From positions 349,494,001 to 349,558,000 of the forward strand of contig OZ024740.1 of assembly GCA_964016885.1 (NCBI GenBank): DNA of 64,000 nt, written 5' to 3'. The notes beneath the pieces are model-generated. The model ran no database searches. It was not told the origin of the DNA and was given only the letters and a program-made list of their open reading frames with translations. Positions 25,255-41,942 of this stretch are shown here, piece by piece. Within the stretch, counting starts at the first letter, position 1. Each line of letters begins with the position of its first letter. The DNA is from Eledone cirrhosa (taxonomy: Eukaryota). A program made the position numbers and the translations under genes.

Positions 25255-25590
25255 CTAGCAGCAGGACCCGGCGTTGCACGGGGTATAAAACGTAAAATAA
25301 CAATACGCATATGCAAAGATTGAGGAATGTAGCTGTGTACTTTTTGAATTCCTTTATTCTCGGGGAATGATTGTTCATCTACTGGAAACGATGAACACCA
25401 GCAGGCCAGAATCGTGAAACATCTGCATGCATGTGCAAAATCTGGAGAAAATCAGCTGGATACTCTTTAAGCGTACTAAATCTTAGCGCATGATTTTTCT
25501 TCCATTTGGACAAAATCGGTTAGGTACCTTTGGAGATTTATAGATTCGCACCCAGTCATCCGGATAGACATCATCAGTTATATCTATTCT
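25255..25590 (-). mobile_element. Non-autonomous Helitron-type element
   Basis: Minus 3' end cccgtgcaacgccggg (hairpin) tcctgctg CTAG followed by T. The 5' TC end was not clearly found. Confidence 0.6.
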
Positions 25591-25971
25591 ACCTGCATGC
25601 ATACTGTACAGAGTAAAGCCTGCAATGCTTGATTAAGACATGTCATGCAACCACACAGCATGTTGGGCCTTCCCCACGGGAGACCATAGCCTCTTTGTAA
25701 ATCTACCCAATCTGATATAGACCGAACTATTATATCGGATGCCGAAGGCTTCGGAGTTACTATTGGGGTCACAATTTCAAGTGTGTGTGTGTGTGGGGGG
25801 GGGGGGGGTCACCGCGGAATTAGCACAACCACTGTTCGGTATACTTGTGCAGGGCCTTCATACTGCGGTGTACGTGCAACAAAAGGGGTCTTAGTAGAAG
25901 TAGCACAGACGGGATCATTCTACTGATATGGCTTAAGAGGCTGTTTGCATAATTGCAAACGAATCGAATAT

Positions 25972-26375
25972 TAGTGGATTGGCAGTATCGGCAGAGTCGG
26001 ACACCATGCTTTGAAGCATAGAGTTACGTCTCTTTATGATCTGAGTTCAAATCCCGCCGAGGTTAACTTTGCCTTTCATCCTTACGGGGTCGATAAAATA
26101 AAGTACCAGTAATGTACTGAGTATTTGCTGGCCTTGTGCCAAAAATAGAAACATTTATTATTAATATTAGATGAATTGGGCAGTAGATTGGCAGTATCGG
26201 TAGAGGGCCGGACGCTATGCTTTGCAGCACAGAGTTACGCCCATTTATGATCTGAGTTCAAATCCCGCCGAGGTTAACTTTGCCTTTCATTCTTACGGGG
26301 TTGATAAAATAAAGTACCAGTAACGAACTGAGATAATTGCTGGCCTTGTGCCAAATGTAGAAACAATTATTATTA
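25972..26375 (+). mobile_element. Two tandem SINE family A copies (internally deleted subfamily)
   Basis: ttggcagtatcgg.agag..gagttcaaatcccgccgaggttaactttgcctttcat..aaagtaccag..tgctggccttgtgcc..agaaac(att)n. Confidence 0.9.
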
Positions 26376-26618
26376 ATATTCGAAAAACTCAGATTTACAT
26401 TTCTTTATATATTACAGCCCTTTAACACAATTGACATACACACACATATATACAGAAAAACTGCCCCTCCCCATGTTTTATATATAAGACTCCTTTTTTT
26501 TTTTTTTTAAATTGTTGCTTTTATTTTTTCAATAATGTCACTTTGACGAATCAAAGAAAAAAAAAACAGAAAAACAGGTCCTGTAAATATATTTTTCGTG
26601 CTATTTCCAATTCCACTT

Positions 26619-26657
<39 letters not shown>

Positions 26658-26669
26658 TACACAAAACGC

Positions 26670-26910
26670 CAGCGTCAACACTTCCAAGAGATGGCAACAT
26701 GAATGGACCTGTTATTTATCTCTAAAAACATTTTCCCGATTCCGCCCTGCCCATCCCTTCAATCTTTCTAATTTCTCATTCTTTCTTCTGATGAAGGACC
26801 AGCGTTCGAAACGTTAAGACCCTCTTCCTGCTATTTCAAGCGTTAAACTAACATATTCCTTCCATATACTGTACCGATTGTGCTGTTATTTCTGTTTACC
26901 TTTTACATAT
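26670..26910 (+). mobile_element. Second copy of the ~230 bp pLTR-like repeat with hammerhead (26784-26819)
   Basis: tctt-CTGATGA-aggaccagcgttc-GAAA-cg-TT-aaga. Homologous to 3403-3630. Confidence 0.7.
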
Positions 26911-27324
26911 CGATCAGCTCAAGGTACAGTATTGATCGTACCTGACTCTGGAATTGAAAGCTCATCAGACATGTGGTTTCCTGAATGACGGTAGAAATAA
27001 ACTACATATATATAAACCCATCGTGTTGTCCTGATACACTGAGTAGAAAATGTTCATACAGTATTTTAAAGTTGCGTCATGCTGCTGTACCGTGTGGTTT
27101 ATAAGCGGTATGGTTATATGATTATATTCAGCTAGTCCCTTTAATGATACATCTTGTTCACATATATGATCTAGCAGTCGATTGGTATGTATGATCATTT
27201 TTCTACCTGTCCCCTATTCCAATGAAGAATTCGCCTCCTGATGATAAAACTTCAATTCTTCCAGCATTGGTTATTCCAATTTTTTGAAATTCCAACTTAT
27301 GTCTTTGAATTTTTGAAACCATGG

Positions 27325-29130
27325 TTGGGGAATTATTTGCCTTTCATCCTTATGGAGTCGATAAAATAAAGTACCAGTCATGCACTGGAGAAAATTGCTG
27401 GCCTTGTGCCAAAAGTAGAAACAATTATTACTATAACCCTTTTTCCTCTTCATTTTACACAACCTCAAAACGAAAAGCCAATAATCAAAACTATACCGTT
27501 GAAATAAAATAAAATATAAAGGCGGCACTGCATTGTCTTGCCTAGGTCATGATTCTAGCATTTATATCATTATCTGTGGAGCATCAGACAACATGCTTTG
27601 CAGCATATAATTACATCCCTTTACCTATTGAGTTCAAATCCAGCCAAGGCTAGCTTTGTCTTTGATCCTTACGGGGGTCGATAAAATAAAGTACCAGTAA
27701 TGCACTGGGGTCGATTTAATCGACTTTGTTCTCCCCCAAAATTATTTATTATTATTATCGATGGAGCGCCGAACAACATGCTTTGCGGCATATAGTTACA
27801 TCCCTTTGCCCACTGAATTCAAATTGCTAGCCTTGTGCCAATTATTATCATCAAGGTGGTGGCATTTTGTTAGAATGATGGCTAGAATGCCCTGTGGCTC
27901 TCTTCCTCATTGAGATCAACTTCATAGTTCCTCCTTCCTGTGTCAAGAAGTAAAGTACAAAATACTGGGCTTGACATCATCGACTACCTCCTCCCCAAAA
28001 TTGCAGACCTTGTACATCATCATCATCACCACCACCATTAACGTCCATGTTTCCACGCTAGCATGGGTTAGATTAGAAATCATTATAATTGAAAGCAGTG
28101 GATTGGCAGTATCGGTAGAGGGTCGGACGCCATGCTTTGACGTATAGAGTTACGGCCCTTGCCATTCTGAGTTCAAATCCCGCCGAGGTTAACTTTGCCT
28201 TTCATCCTTACGGGGTCGATAAAATAAAGTACCAGTAATGTACTGGTTAATTGCTGGCCTTGTGCCAATAGTAGAAACAATTATAATTGAAAGCAGTGAA
28301 TTGGCAGAATCGTTAGAGGTGCCATGCAAGATGCTTTGCAGCATTTAGTTACAGATCTTTACATTCTAAGTTTACATCTGGCTGAGGTCAGATTTGCTTT
28401 CCCTCCTTCCAGGGTTGATATAATATAGTGCCAGTTAAGTATTGCTATCAATTTAATCAATTTTCCCTTTTATTTAAAATTGCTGGCCTTGTGCCATAAA
28501 TAAAAACAATTATTATAATATAACGAATACTGGTAGTATCAGTAGTGCATCGGACAATATGCTCTTTATATTCTAAGTTCAAATCCCGCCGAGATTGGCT
28601 TTACCTTTTATCCTTACTGGGTCGAAGAAATAAAGTACCAGTAATGCACTGAGGTCGATTTAGTCGACTTTCCCGTCTCCCAAATTGTTGACCTTGTGCC
28701 TAAATTAGAAACAATTATCATTATTAAGGGCAGTGGATTTGCAGTATCAGTAAAGAATTGAACAACATTCTTTGTTATGGCCCTTTACGGCCTGAATTCA
28801 AATGCCGCCAAGGTTAATTTTGCTTTTCATTCTTACGGGGGTCGATAAAATAAAGCACCAGTAAGTACTGGGGTTGATTTAATCGACTTCCCCTCCCCTT
28901 CAAATTGCTGGCCTTGTGCCAAAAGTAGAAACAATTATTATTTCAGCGTGGGGGATAGGCAGAGTATTTAGAGCATCAGCAATATGCTTAGCTGTATTAG
29001 TTTTTCTGAGTTCAACTATGCTTTCCCTCCTTTCATAGTTGATAAAATAAGTATCAGTCAAATATTGGAACTCATTTAATTGACTTTCCCCTACGTGCAA
29101 ATTACTAGGCTTAAGCACAAAGTACAACTT
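27325..29130 (+). mobile_element. Head-to-tail cluster of ~9 SINE family A copies of different ages
   Basis: Repeated A box/B box/central domain/tail units joined by (ATT)n, all on the plus strand. Confidence 0.88.
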
Positions 29131-29229
29131 ACTAGGCTTAAGCACAAAGTACAAACTGTGATATATTTTATCCTTCATTTCAATTTCATATATATTTAAA
29201 AAAAAATTTTTTTATGAAAACCAGCAACA

Positions 29230-29290
29230 AATTGAAGAAAAACATGACAAACAAAATCTGTTCTATTAAACTCATTAATATGATTTATTA
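29230..29290 (-). terminator. Candidate polyadenylation site of a minus-strand transcript
   Basis: AATAAA at 29289-29284 (minus), followed by GU/U-rich ttttgtttgtcatgtttttc and preceded by U-rich UTR-like sequence. A weak signal in AT-rich DNA. Confidence 0.25.
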
Positions 29291-29340
29291 AGAAAGAGAT
29301 AATTTCATATATTTGCAAAATATATATAAATATATGTATA

Positions 29341-29379
<39 letters not shown>

Positions 29380-29649
29380 AACACACACGAACAGATGAAG
29401 GGATTGAACATGAAACAAAGAAATGAATTGTAAAAAGATAATTAAAAGAAAATAGAAAACAAAATAATTGTACATTCTAACAGAACTAAAACAAAGAAAC
29501 AGTATAAACAGCATTAACAGCAACAACAATATGAACAATAAAACTAAATTATTTAATATAGAGATATACACATACATCAACAAAAAATAAACAAAAAACA
29601 AACAAAAAAATACCCTGAATTTAAGTCTATTTTAATGCATTTTCATTAA

Positions 29650-32422
<2,773 letters not shown>

Positions 32423-32694
32423 CCCACATAAAGCCAATTGATTACTCAGAGATCAATGAACAGTGACTAGATAGATAAGTCTATCAATGAATAATCAATA
32501 ACTAATCACTGAACAATTAATACATCAATTAATAAAATCAATCAGTTTGAAATAATAGTAAATTGGGAAATCCGTAATCATTTAATGGTGAATGGATTAT
32601 TCCTTGGATCAACTATGAGGCAATCATTAATCCACCAATAAATTGTTAATCATTCAATAAAAAAGAACATTAGATAATTTGTGTGTGTGTCTAT

Positions 32695-32734
<40 letters not shown>

Positions 32735-33284
32735 GGGTGGGGTGAGAATAATTTGGTACATTAAACTCCCTGCACTTCATTAGAAGAATAAGAATTCAGA
32801 TGGAAATGACAATTAAAATGGTTAAACCATCATGAAAACAATGATGTCCCTCATCATAATTATGATTATAACGATGATGATAATGATGATGATGGTGACA
32901 ATGACTAAAACTATGATGATAATGGCTATGATGACATTTATGTTCATTATGATGACTAGGCACTCTCCCTCCCCTCTTTCTTTTCAGTGACCACTAGTAA
33001 GGTTTAAATATAACCAAATCTACCAGAAATTTGCACTACTATTACTACTACTACTACTACTATTACTATACTACTAATAGTAGTAGTACTACTACTACTT
33101 CTACATTACAGACTAGTGGTCTTTCACATTTGAGAACTTTGGTGCTTGATATGGCAAAGCATTAGACAGTATCTTATATAAGAACCTCCTAGCTAAGTTA
33201 GCAGCAAGGCTATACTTTTAGGGGAGAGCAATCTTTTTGTGAACCTTGGACATTTTTTAAAAACCTAAACAGGAACTATTTTTA

Positions 33285-33560
33285 GCTTTAAAACATTTTT
33301 GTTAATCATGAATATTAACAATAAACATTCTTACATATTCAACTATAAACATTGTTAACCATAACTGCTGTTAATTGCGAATATTTTAGTTACCTTTGAA
33401 CAGTTAAACATGAACATTGTTAATCATAAACACTGATAACCATGAACGTTTTTAATCATGAGTATTTTTGCTAATCTTAAACATTTTTGTAACCATGAAA
33501 TTTGCTAATCAATAACTGTTTTGTTAATCATAAACATTTGGGCTAATTTTAAACATTCTT
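33285..33560. repeat. Degenerate ~20 bp minisatellite (tgttaatcatgaacattt)
   Basis: About a dozen imperfect units. Confidence 0.6.
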
Positions 33561-35728
33561 TATGCATATTCTCTAAAATAGCTCAAAGTAGCTCAATTCC
33601 ACAAGATATTTTGTTCTGTGATCTGATTCTGATATCAACCGCTCTTCATAATAATGACCCAGACAGGACAGAAAGAAGAATATAACGTAGAGTTTGCAGA
33701 TTCTAGTGTGTTGAATCTCACCAACTTACATAGCAACTAGCAATGAAGCCATGTTTAACACGTGATCAGTGATGAGAGAAATGAAGGGAGGAGGCTAAAT
33801 GAGAAGGTGAGGATGCAATGTAGATGGTTATGATAATGGTGATGGTCATCATGAAGGTGACTGATAGTGAGTGGTGTCTTTGGTACTGAATATATGATAA
33901 AAAATAAAGATGAGATAAAATATCCACCAGATGTACTGATGACATGATAAAATATGATGATGGTGATGATAGTTGAGATTATTATTATTATTATTAAATT
34001 TCACTATTTATACCTACATGCTTCAGTAGATAGTTCCCCTAATACTTATTAATGAAAGCAGCATTATTCTTTGTGAGTGTTCTGAGTGTTTGGTTCGGAA
34101 ACTGATTTAAAATTTCTGATTGAAGCCATTTCACTTCCTTCACATCCATAAATAGGGCACAAAAAATTAAAAGGGTTGGTGACTAAACAAAAACAAAATT
34201 AAATAAAACATCCCAGCAGTTACAAAAAAAAAAAAAAAAAAAAAAATGATATCTTACATAGGCGTAAAGCCCAAAACAAATCAGGGAAATACCAACCTCA
34301 GTATTTTCAAAGATGCCTTAAACAAAAACTTATTTGAAATAATTCCTAAAGATAACTTTTGCTAAGTAAAGTCAAAACAGACATAACATAAAAGATTAGG
34401 GGAGAGTGAGTTTAGGGTATGAGGATATCTTCTTCACTTCCTTTCACCATCTCAGAGACCCTAAAAGAGGTTATGGATGCAATCATTATTCTTCAAAGCC
34501 ATAAAAAAAACTTATATAAACATTCTTTAATAACAAATGACCATGAAGCTGAACCAGTACTGATTTTTAATGTAAAGCAGAATGTAATGTTTACAATAAG
34601 GTTAGTAAAGTAAGAAAAATAATAATGATTTTTCAGAGAGGAAAAGCAAGTATTCAAATACTGAGGAACTGCATACTAGATTCTATCGATTCCAACTGAA
34701 GTGATGTGTAGGCAGAACCAATAAATTATTAATTTTGGACCATTACATTCTGAATTCAAACTTTGCTTTTTCTCCATTTGGAGCTGAGCAACAGTCTAAG
34801 GCAGTGTTAGAACATTGGATGAAATGCCTTGTGGTATTTGTTCAGTCCCTTTACATCCTGAGTTCCCCTGCGACATCAGTGCCAAGCTGTATCAGCATTT
34901 GTATAACAATTAAAGTAGAGGGAAATGAAACTTTTTAGGGCAACCACTGATTTTACACACAAAAAAAAAAAACCTAGTCCAGGCTTGTACTCCAGAAAGG
35001 TGCAAATAGAAGATCAACTATAACCTTAAATAAAATATACTACTGGTACTTACGTTATTGACTCTAGAATAATAACAGAAAAGCTAACCTAGACAGAACT
35101 CAAATTCAGCATGCTTTATAGATTCTGTCACTTCCTCTAAATAACAACCCATATTAATACACATATTTGTCTATGTGTATGTAAACTTGTAAGAGTTACT
35201 ATCATATATATATATATATATATCTGACAGTAACTCTTAAAAGTTTACACACACAAACAGATAAACAATGTGTTTCCTATCTCTGTGGCATTGCTACAAT
35301 AATTAAGTTCAGCTATGACAGAAACATAAAAAAAAAGGATTTATTTACCACTTCTATCTTTAATGAATAAAGTATCAAGTCAGTGTTGAAAATCATGTAT
35401 GAATTAAATATTATGTTACTGCTTTGAAGTTCATACATCCTGTTCTGTCATAACTGAACCTGAAGCAGCATTGACACACAAACACGTCATATCCAGGAAA
35501 CCATGACTACTAAGGTATATATTTCTGTGGTGTCAGCTATTTTCCATTATGTTTCTGTGTTCACATCCTTCTTGCATCTTTTCTTAAGATATTTAATAGA
35601 TAGGTAACTATTTTCAATTTACTTGTCCATCCATAAAATACTAAATGTGCCGCATCTGTAATTGTCATCAATACAGGTGTATATAATAGATTCACACATC
35701 ACTAATTTGAATCTGAGATTCTCCTATG

Positions 35729-37650
35729 ATGCCGCAAAGATCTGCAGATTAGGAAGAGGTGGGAAGACGACACACAGTGAGAGCAGACTATGAGGTGCTA
35801 CAGAGTCAGTCAGAATACAGAGGCAGTAGTGAAACAAGCCAGAGAAGCTGGGCATCACAGGGTCACGTGATTGCAAGATGCAGGATGTGGCTCAGAGAAA
35901 GGAGAGGGGCAGAAAAATAGGTAGAGGCAAACACGAAGACTAGAAATAATTAATTGTGAAGAAAGCCACAGAGTTGGATATAACAAAGAGTAGAAGTTAG
36001 AGTACAAATTGAAAATGAAGAGAACTTAGTACAGAGAAATTGTAGCAAAATGTGTTTAGCATTTAAAAATGAAGATGAAAAAGATGGAGAAGATATGAGA
36101 GAAAGAATAGCAGACAGAGATGATAATGAAGATGGAGAACAAATAGAAAGGAGAAGAGAAGATTTATGGCAGAGATCTGAAGAAATTTTGCAAAATGAAA
36201 CTGAGCTAGAAAGAGATGCATGGAAAGAAAACGAAAGAATAAGAGCTATCAAGAGGAAGCATGAGACAGCGTAATGCAAACTACACTGCTCTGCCTTAAG
36301 ATTACCTGCATCTGACTCCCTATTGCATCCTAACAATCAACAAGTAACATGATGAATGCTGCAGAACTAACAACCAGATTACACTATGACATGCAATGCA
36401 ACACCCGCATAGCGTATTGCAATTCATGGCATTTGAGTGTATTATCATATGCAACAACTGGCATTGCAACAGAATGGTTCATCTGTTCACAGCGGTCTGT
36501 GCCTCCCAGTACCTTTCTTGATTCATCGGTGTCTTCAATGAGAGCTTCTTCTGAAGAATCATCAACAGTAAGGAATACGGCCATGCTAATAATTGATGAA
36601 GCATTAATGCTCTTAATGCATCATTGACTTGCTACTTGAGAGCATCATGAGTAACTGCAGGCCATTTGGAGAGAAACTGTTTCCCTTAGGACACTTCTGA
36701 CAGATTGCTAATGTGCATAATGCAGACATTATGAGGTTGCGCATAAATCATTCCCTCTTGAGGAGATTTGTGCAGTAGTTGAATTTAACCAGAATATGAG
36801 AGCTTAGTGTGATGAGATATTTAACCAGTGGTTGCTGTTCATAGGGGAAAGAAGGGAAAGCAATGATGCTAGCTTTGATCAAAATGCAATCAAATCTTGC
36901 TAGAATATATGGTCACACCAGACAATATCATTGAAATAATATATGGATGAGAAATTGGACCACTTAACAATGATACCATTGGAGAGGCTTGCAAGAAAAT
37001 AATTTGAACTCCAAAGAGCAAAGATGCTCTTAGATTAAATAATCAAGCGTTGGTCCTCTTACCAGAAGAAACATTATCATTATCGTTTAACATCCGCTTT
37101 CCCTGCTAGCAAGGGTTGGATGGGTCCACATAAACCAAGTTAGGAGTTTGCATCTCACATTTGATCTTACATTCTACCGAGTGCACAAGGGAGGTTATCA
37201 TGTCTTTGATACAACTGAAGGGTCCTCCCAACCCTTTGTTTGGCAAGCTTTCTATGGCTGGATGCCCTTCCTATCACCAACCACTTTACAGTGTGTACTG
37301 GGTGTATTTATTGCGCAGATCACCAACCCATGGTTTGGCAAGAGATACAAATGTGTCAATACCCCAGCAGTTGAAGAAAACAAAAGGGCATCTAATTATC
37401 CTGCCAAATATCTAAATCAGATTACATTTTCAGGAATCCTTCCACAGGATTCGAAGCTTAAAGTTGGCTTTAGTCATTTCTCATGTGCAGCCTGAATCCC
37501 ACAAAAAGATTACTAAATAAAGTCAAACTCAATGTAAAAGCTGTATCTGACCATTTCATTCAAGCAAAAGGCATCAATGGCAGCAGAACTTGTGATACAG
37601 CCTTCATTCCAAGACTCATCCTCATGTCCAGTGACACAACCTTACCATTA
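35729..37650 (+). pseudogene. Decayed, internally deleted Helitron Rep/Hel gene (N-terminal charged repeats + PIF1-like helicase)
   Basis: Ordered motifs YATTGIAT, LIIDEALM, PFGEK..GHF*QI, FNQWLLFIGEG, TPKSKDALRLNNQAL, YPAKYLNQITFSGILPQDSKLKVG, FIPRLILMSSDTTLP. Upstream NETELERDAW..RKHET. No Rep domain seen. Interrupted by a SINE/LINE tail at ~37075-37310. Confidence 0.75.
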
Positions 37651-38049
37651 GCTATCTCTCTTTCTCACTCTCTCTCTCTCTCTTCATGAGCAGTTTTCCA
37701 TAACGTTATCATATGTAATAACTATAAACAAGTCATAGGGGCATTATTATCTTTAATTGCTTCTATGTGTTAGGAATCAAAATAACTATAGGGTTTCTCT
37801 TATGCAAACCATTAATTTATCAAAATACAAATTTTCCAGTATATACAATTGTTCATATGTCCAGTAATGCTGGTTTATATACCATACAAATCATGGACTC
37901 AAAAAACTAAGTATGTTTGATGTTGTTGCTGTCATTATCGATTGTATAGGTCCAACAACAGCTTTAGTAGTGATAATAAACAACAATAATAATAATAGCC
38001 ATGCCACAGATAACCTTCACTAGTTATGGTACCACTTCTACAAATAACG

Positions 38050-39850
38050 GTACTTTCTAGCATTGGCCAAATGCCACAATCTTTGAGTGAGAGAAAGTTG
38101 TCCATTAAATCTTTCCTTCTCCCAAGTATTTAATTTATCCAACATGGAAGCATAGAAGACATGAGTTAACTATGGCAGGATTGAAATTTAGAATATAAAA
38201 CAAGACATTTACTTAAGCACTCTACATTTATGATCACTTCTGATGTTGAGTAAAAGTATGTGCATAGTTGATTTAATAACCCTACCTACCCAGTATTTGG
38301 CAAATTCTTATTTCATCAACCTTTCAAGGATTTGAACATCAAACATGAAGAGAAAACTGAATGTAAGGTATTTAATTTGACTTATCCATAGTTTCTCAAC
38401 TTAATGATGCTTTGTTGCCACCTAATCATTGGTCAGCAAACCTCTTATCAAAGGCTTTCCAGCTATGACAAACACTTAGTCCCCTATCTACTTCCATTTT
38501 TGAGATGGCGGAATGTGATTTGAGGGAATATGGCTGCTATTTCTAGATTGAGTGACTAAATAACGACACACTTGTTGACCAATACCTAATACTTTCTTTT
38601 AAATAGGTACATTGACCATGCTTTTTGTTTTGTTTGGTTTACAAAAGAATTAATGGAAGATGCTGAGATCTTCCAACAAGTATTCTGAACTTAAATAGCT
38701 TAAAAATATAAAGGGTTTAAATTTCAATGTGATTTTCTTTCTAGATAATGTCAAATAAAATAAAATACTTCATCTCGTCCAAATCTTAGAACATATGCAT
38801 GCATGGGTAAGGCACACCTTATGGACTATGTCCATATGGAAGGTATATGTAAGTGGATGTGTGTGAGTACTGTTGAAAACAATGATCAAAGGCATTCCAG
38901 CCATGACCATTCAGTCTTTTTCTATTTTAAAACAGTAAGGTATGGTTTGAGGGAATTTAAAATAGAGATAATATTGGCAGGATTTGAACTCATAACATAA
39001 AAAGATGTAACTAAACACCACAAGACTTTTGTTAAGTGCAATACCATTTATCAATAATAGCAATAATAATGATTTTTAGAAGAAAGAGGTTGTTTATTGA
39101 CACAAAATCAATTTTTGTATTCAATTGATCCCAATGTATTACTGGTTATGAAAAGATGAGTGTGGTACCTAATAGGATGTGAACTCAGACTATAGATTAA
39201 CAAATTTAAATACTGTAAGGCATTTCATTATGGCAGTCCACCAACTACACCACTCTGACAATATCATAATTGACAATGATTTCTTCAGGTTAAGCAACAG
39301 AAGCATTGTGGTTGGTTGAATCATCAACACGCAATATATTATTGGTAGTCTTTATATTAACTCTAAAGGAATGACAGGATGAAGGTTATGTCTACCAGTA
39401 GAATAAGATCTAAAAATCTTATAGCTCAAGGTCACAAATTTTCCAAGGAAGAGGTCATTTGATTGAATCAACCTTGGAACAAGACTGGAAACTATTTTAT
39501 CAGATTGGGGAGGGATGGCAAAAGTAAAGTGGGCTTCGGTGGAATTTGAATTTGGACTATAGAGAGATAATCAGATACGTTAAGGCATTTAGTCCAAAGC
39601 TCTACTGTTGTTGACACTCAACTAACCTTACTATGTGATTTAATACTTATTTCTGATGTAGGCAGAAGGTTAAAAGAAAAAAATATGTTTAGGGAGCAAG
39701 CAATGTATTAAACTGAAACAACCACAGGACATGACAAATGGCTTACTTTTTACTTTAACCTGCAAGACTTAAAATTTGAACCTACTGGGGATATAATGGC
39801 TAAATACTGTAAGCATAACTTGTCCAATGCTCACCCATTCTTTTTACTCC
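38050..39850 (-). mobile_element. Cluster of old, degenerate SINE family A copies
   Basis: Repeated remnants such as ggatttgaactcag, aaagtaaagt and actggaaactattttatc, all in minus orientation. Confidence 0.55.
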
Positions 39851-41894
39851 ATTCCTTTCCCTAAGTGAGAAAATATTAGAAATGTCAAAAGATATTCTTA
39901 CTTTGATATCAAAAGAGAAACTTCTTTAGCATAGCTCACACCACCACAACAGTTCAAAACAAAACAAAACAAATATCTTCCTCACAGAAGCAACAGCTGA
40001 AAAACCACAAGCAAAAATAGTGTAGCAAGAATACCACAAAATGAGTTGAGCAAAGTGAATTCAGATTTAATACCAATTATGCTCTAAGCATTAGAGGTCG
40101 AAGTGTCAAGGAACAAGACCCATAAAAGGCTTCTGATCTACAAACCCATCCAAACTATACTAGTAAAAACATTTTTTTAAGCTTGAAGAAAAATAAAAGA
40201 GCAGTTGTAAAACCAGTGATTATATTATATTATTATTATTATCATTATTATTATCATGCTTATCATCATCATCATTATGATTGTGATAAAGATATTATCG
40301 GGAGGGGAAAAAAATGCATTTACCATGATATTTGTATCAAATTAATAATGAATCCGAATACTTAACACCTAAGGTGTTTGTAAAAATAAAATAAAAAAGA
40401 AATTATAAATAAAATGTTTAAAAAAATAAAGACTTGTATATCGATGAATACCCGTGTAATTCTGGATGGACTGTTGCATGTGCGTGCCATATGTGTGCAA
40501 CTTTGTTCAAATGTTGTTGCATAGGTGAGAATTTAAATGATGTGCAACAAATAGGTTGAAAGTCAATGATAAAGAATTTCAAATTTCTTGTTAGAGATAC
40601 AAAACCATATCAAAAGTGTGCATGTGTGTGTGTTTGTATTTGTGTGTGCCTGGTATTTATTTATTCATGTGTATGTAAATGAGTGTTTATACACACATAT
40701 TGAGCATATGTACATTTCTTTGCTACGGGTTTTAGGTGCCCATGTATTTGCAAGCAAAGACGGACATCCACTAAACGAAGCTGAACATCCAGAATGTGAC
40801 AGCTAGAGAGAAAGATGGCTGCACAAGTTCTGGACTGGTACTTTCTTTATCAAGCCTAAAAGAATGAAAGGCAATGTAAACCTCAGCAGGATGTGAATAC
40901 AGAGTACAGTGAACCAGAACAAAAATAGGAAACCATTCTATTTAACATCAACAACTCTGCCAAACTGACTGCCTTGTAAAAATGTACAAATATGTAAATG
41001 CATGTATGTGTGTTCATTATTTTGTTTTAGAAATCATGGCTAAGGGCCTGCTGGAGCACTGCATTTATCTGTTTAAGTGTGCAGGTATGTGCAACTATAT
41101 GCTATTAAAACTGTGTGGCTTATCCAATCAGATATTAACAATCATACAACTTACACTGAAGCCATCTGCCTTCTTCAACTTTGGACAAATGATGCAGATT
41201 TTTCAGTTGGTACAAGCAGATGTATGTGTATTTGTGAATATGTACATATCTGCTTATAACAAAAATATATGCCTATTTATGTTTGTGTATGCGTGTAGGG
41301 ATGGATAATAGGTATGGTGCCAAAATACATAGTTCAGCTCTCTTTTATCCATCATCTCACAGGCACAGAGAGAAAGAGAGGGGAAGAAAGTGAGAGAGTC
41401 TGTAATAACTGGGTTACACATGATCACCATAACAACCTGCTTGGCCTATATTACTTGGAGAGGCATTGCATTACACTGTCCAAATAAACCATAAAGATTG
41501 CACCTTTTACAAATATGTACATATGTATATATCACTTCAATTAGTTGGATATATATGTGGTGTGTGTATCTGTGAAGACTTTAAAAACCGAATATTAGTT
41601 TAGACAGATAGCATTTGTGATTACACTAGAAACAATTGAATTGAATCAACTACTAAATAGGTGATCAGTAATGTGTGTGAAGTCTCACGCATATATGAAT
41701 GTATATTTCTGTATAAAGATCTATTAAATTTCTATCTCTCTATATACATATCTATCATGCATAATTGTGGATGTGTATGTGTATCTATATATAAAATAAA
41801 AAAATTACAGACACAGAGATACAAAAACAATTAGTGTCATTAGGTTCACGATTTGGATGAAAGAGAATGTTTGTATGTATATATATATATATAT

Positions 41895-41942
<48 letters not shown>

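Noticed and set aside
27325-29130. CRISPR-like repeat-spacer pattern
   Set aside because: Units are ~200 bp diverged SINEs in eukaryotic DNA, with no cas genes.
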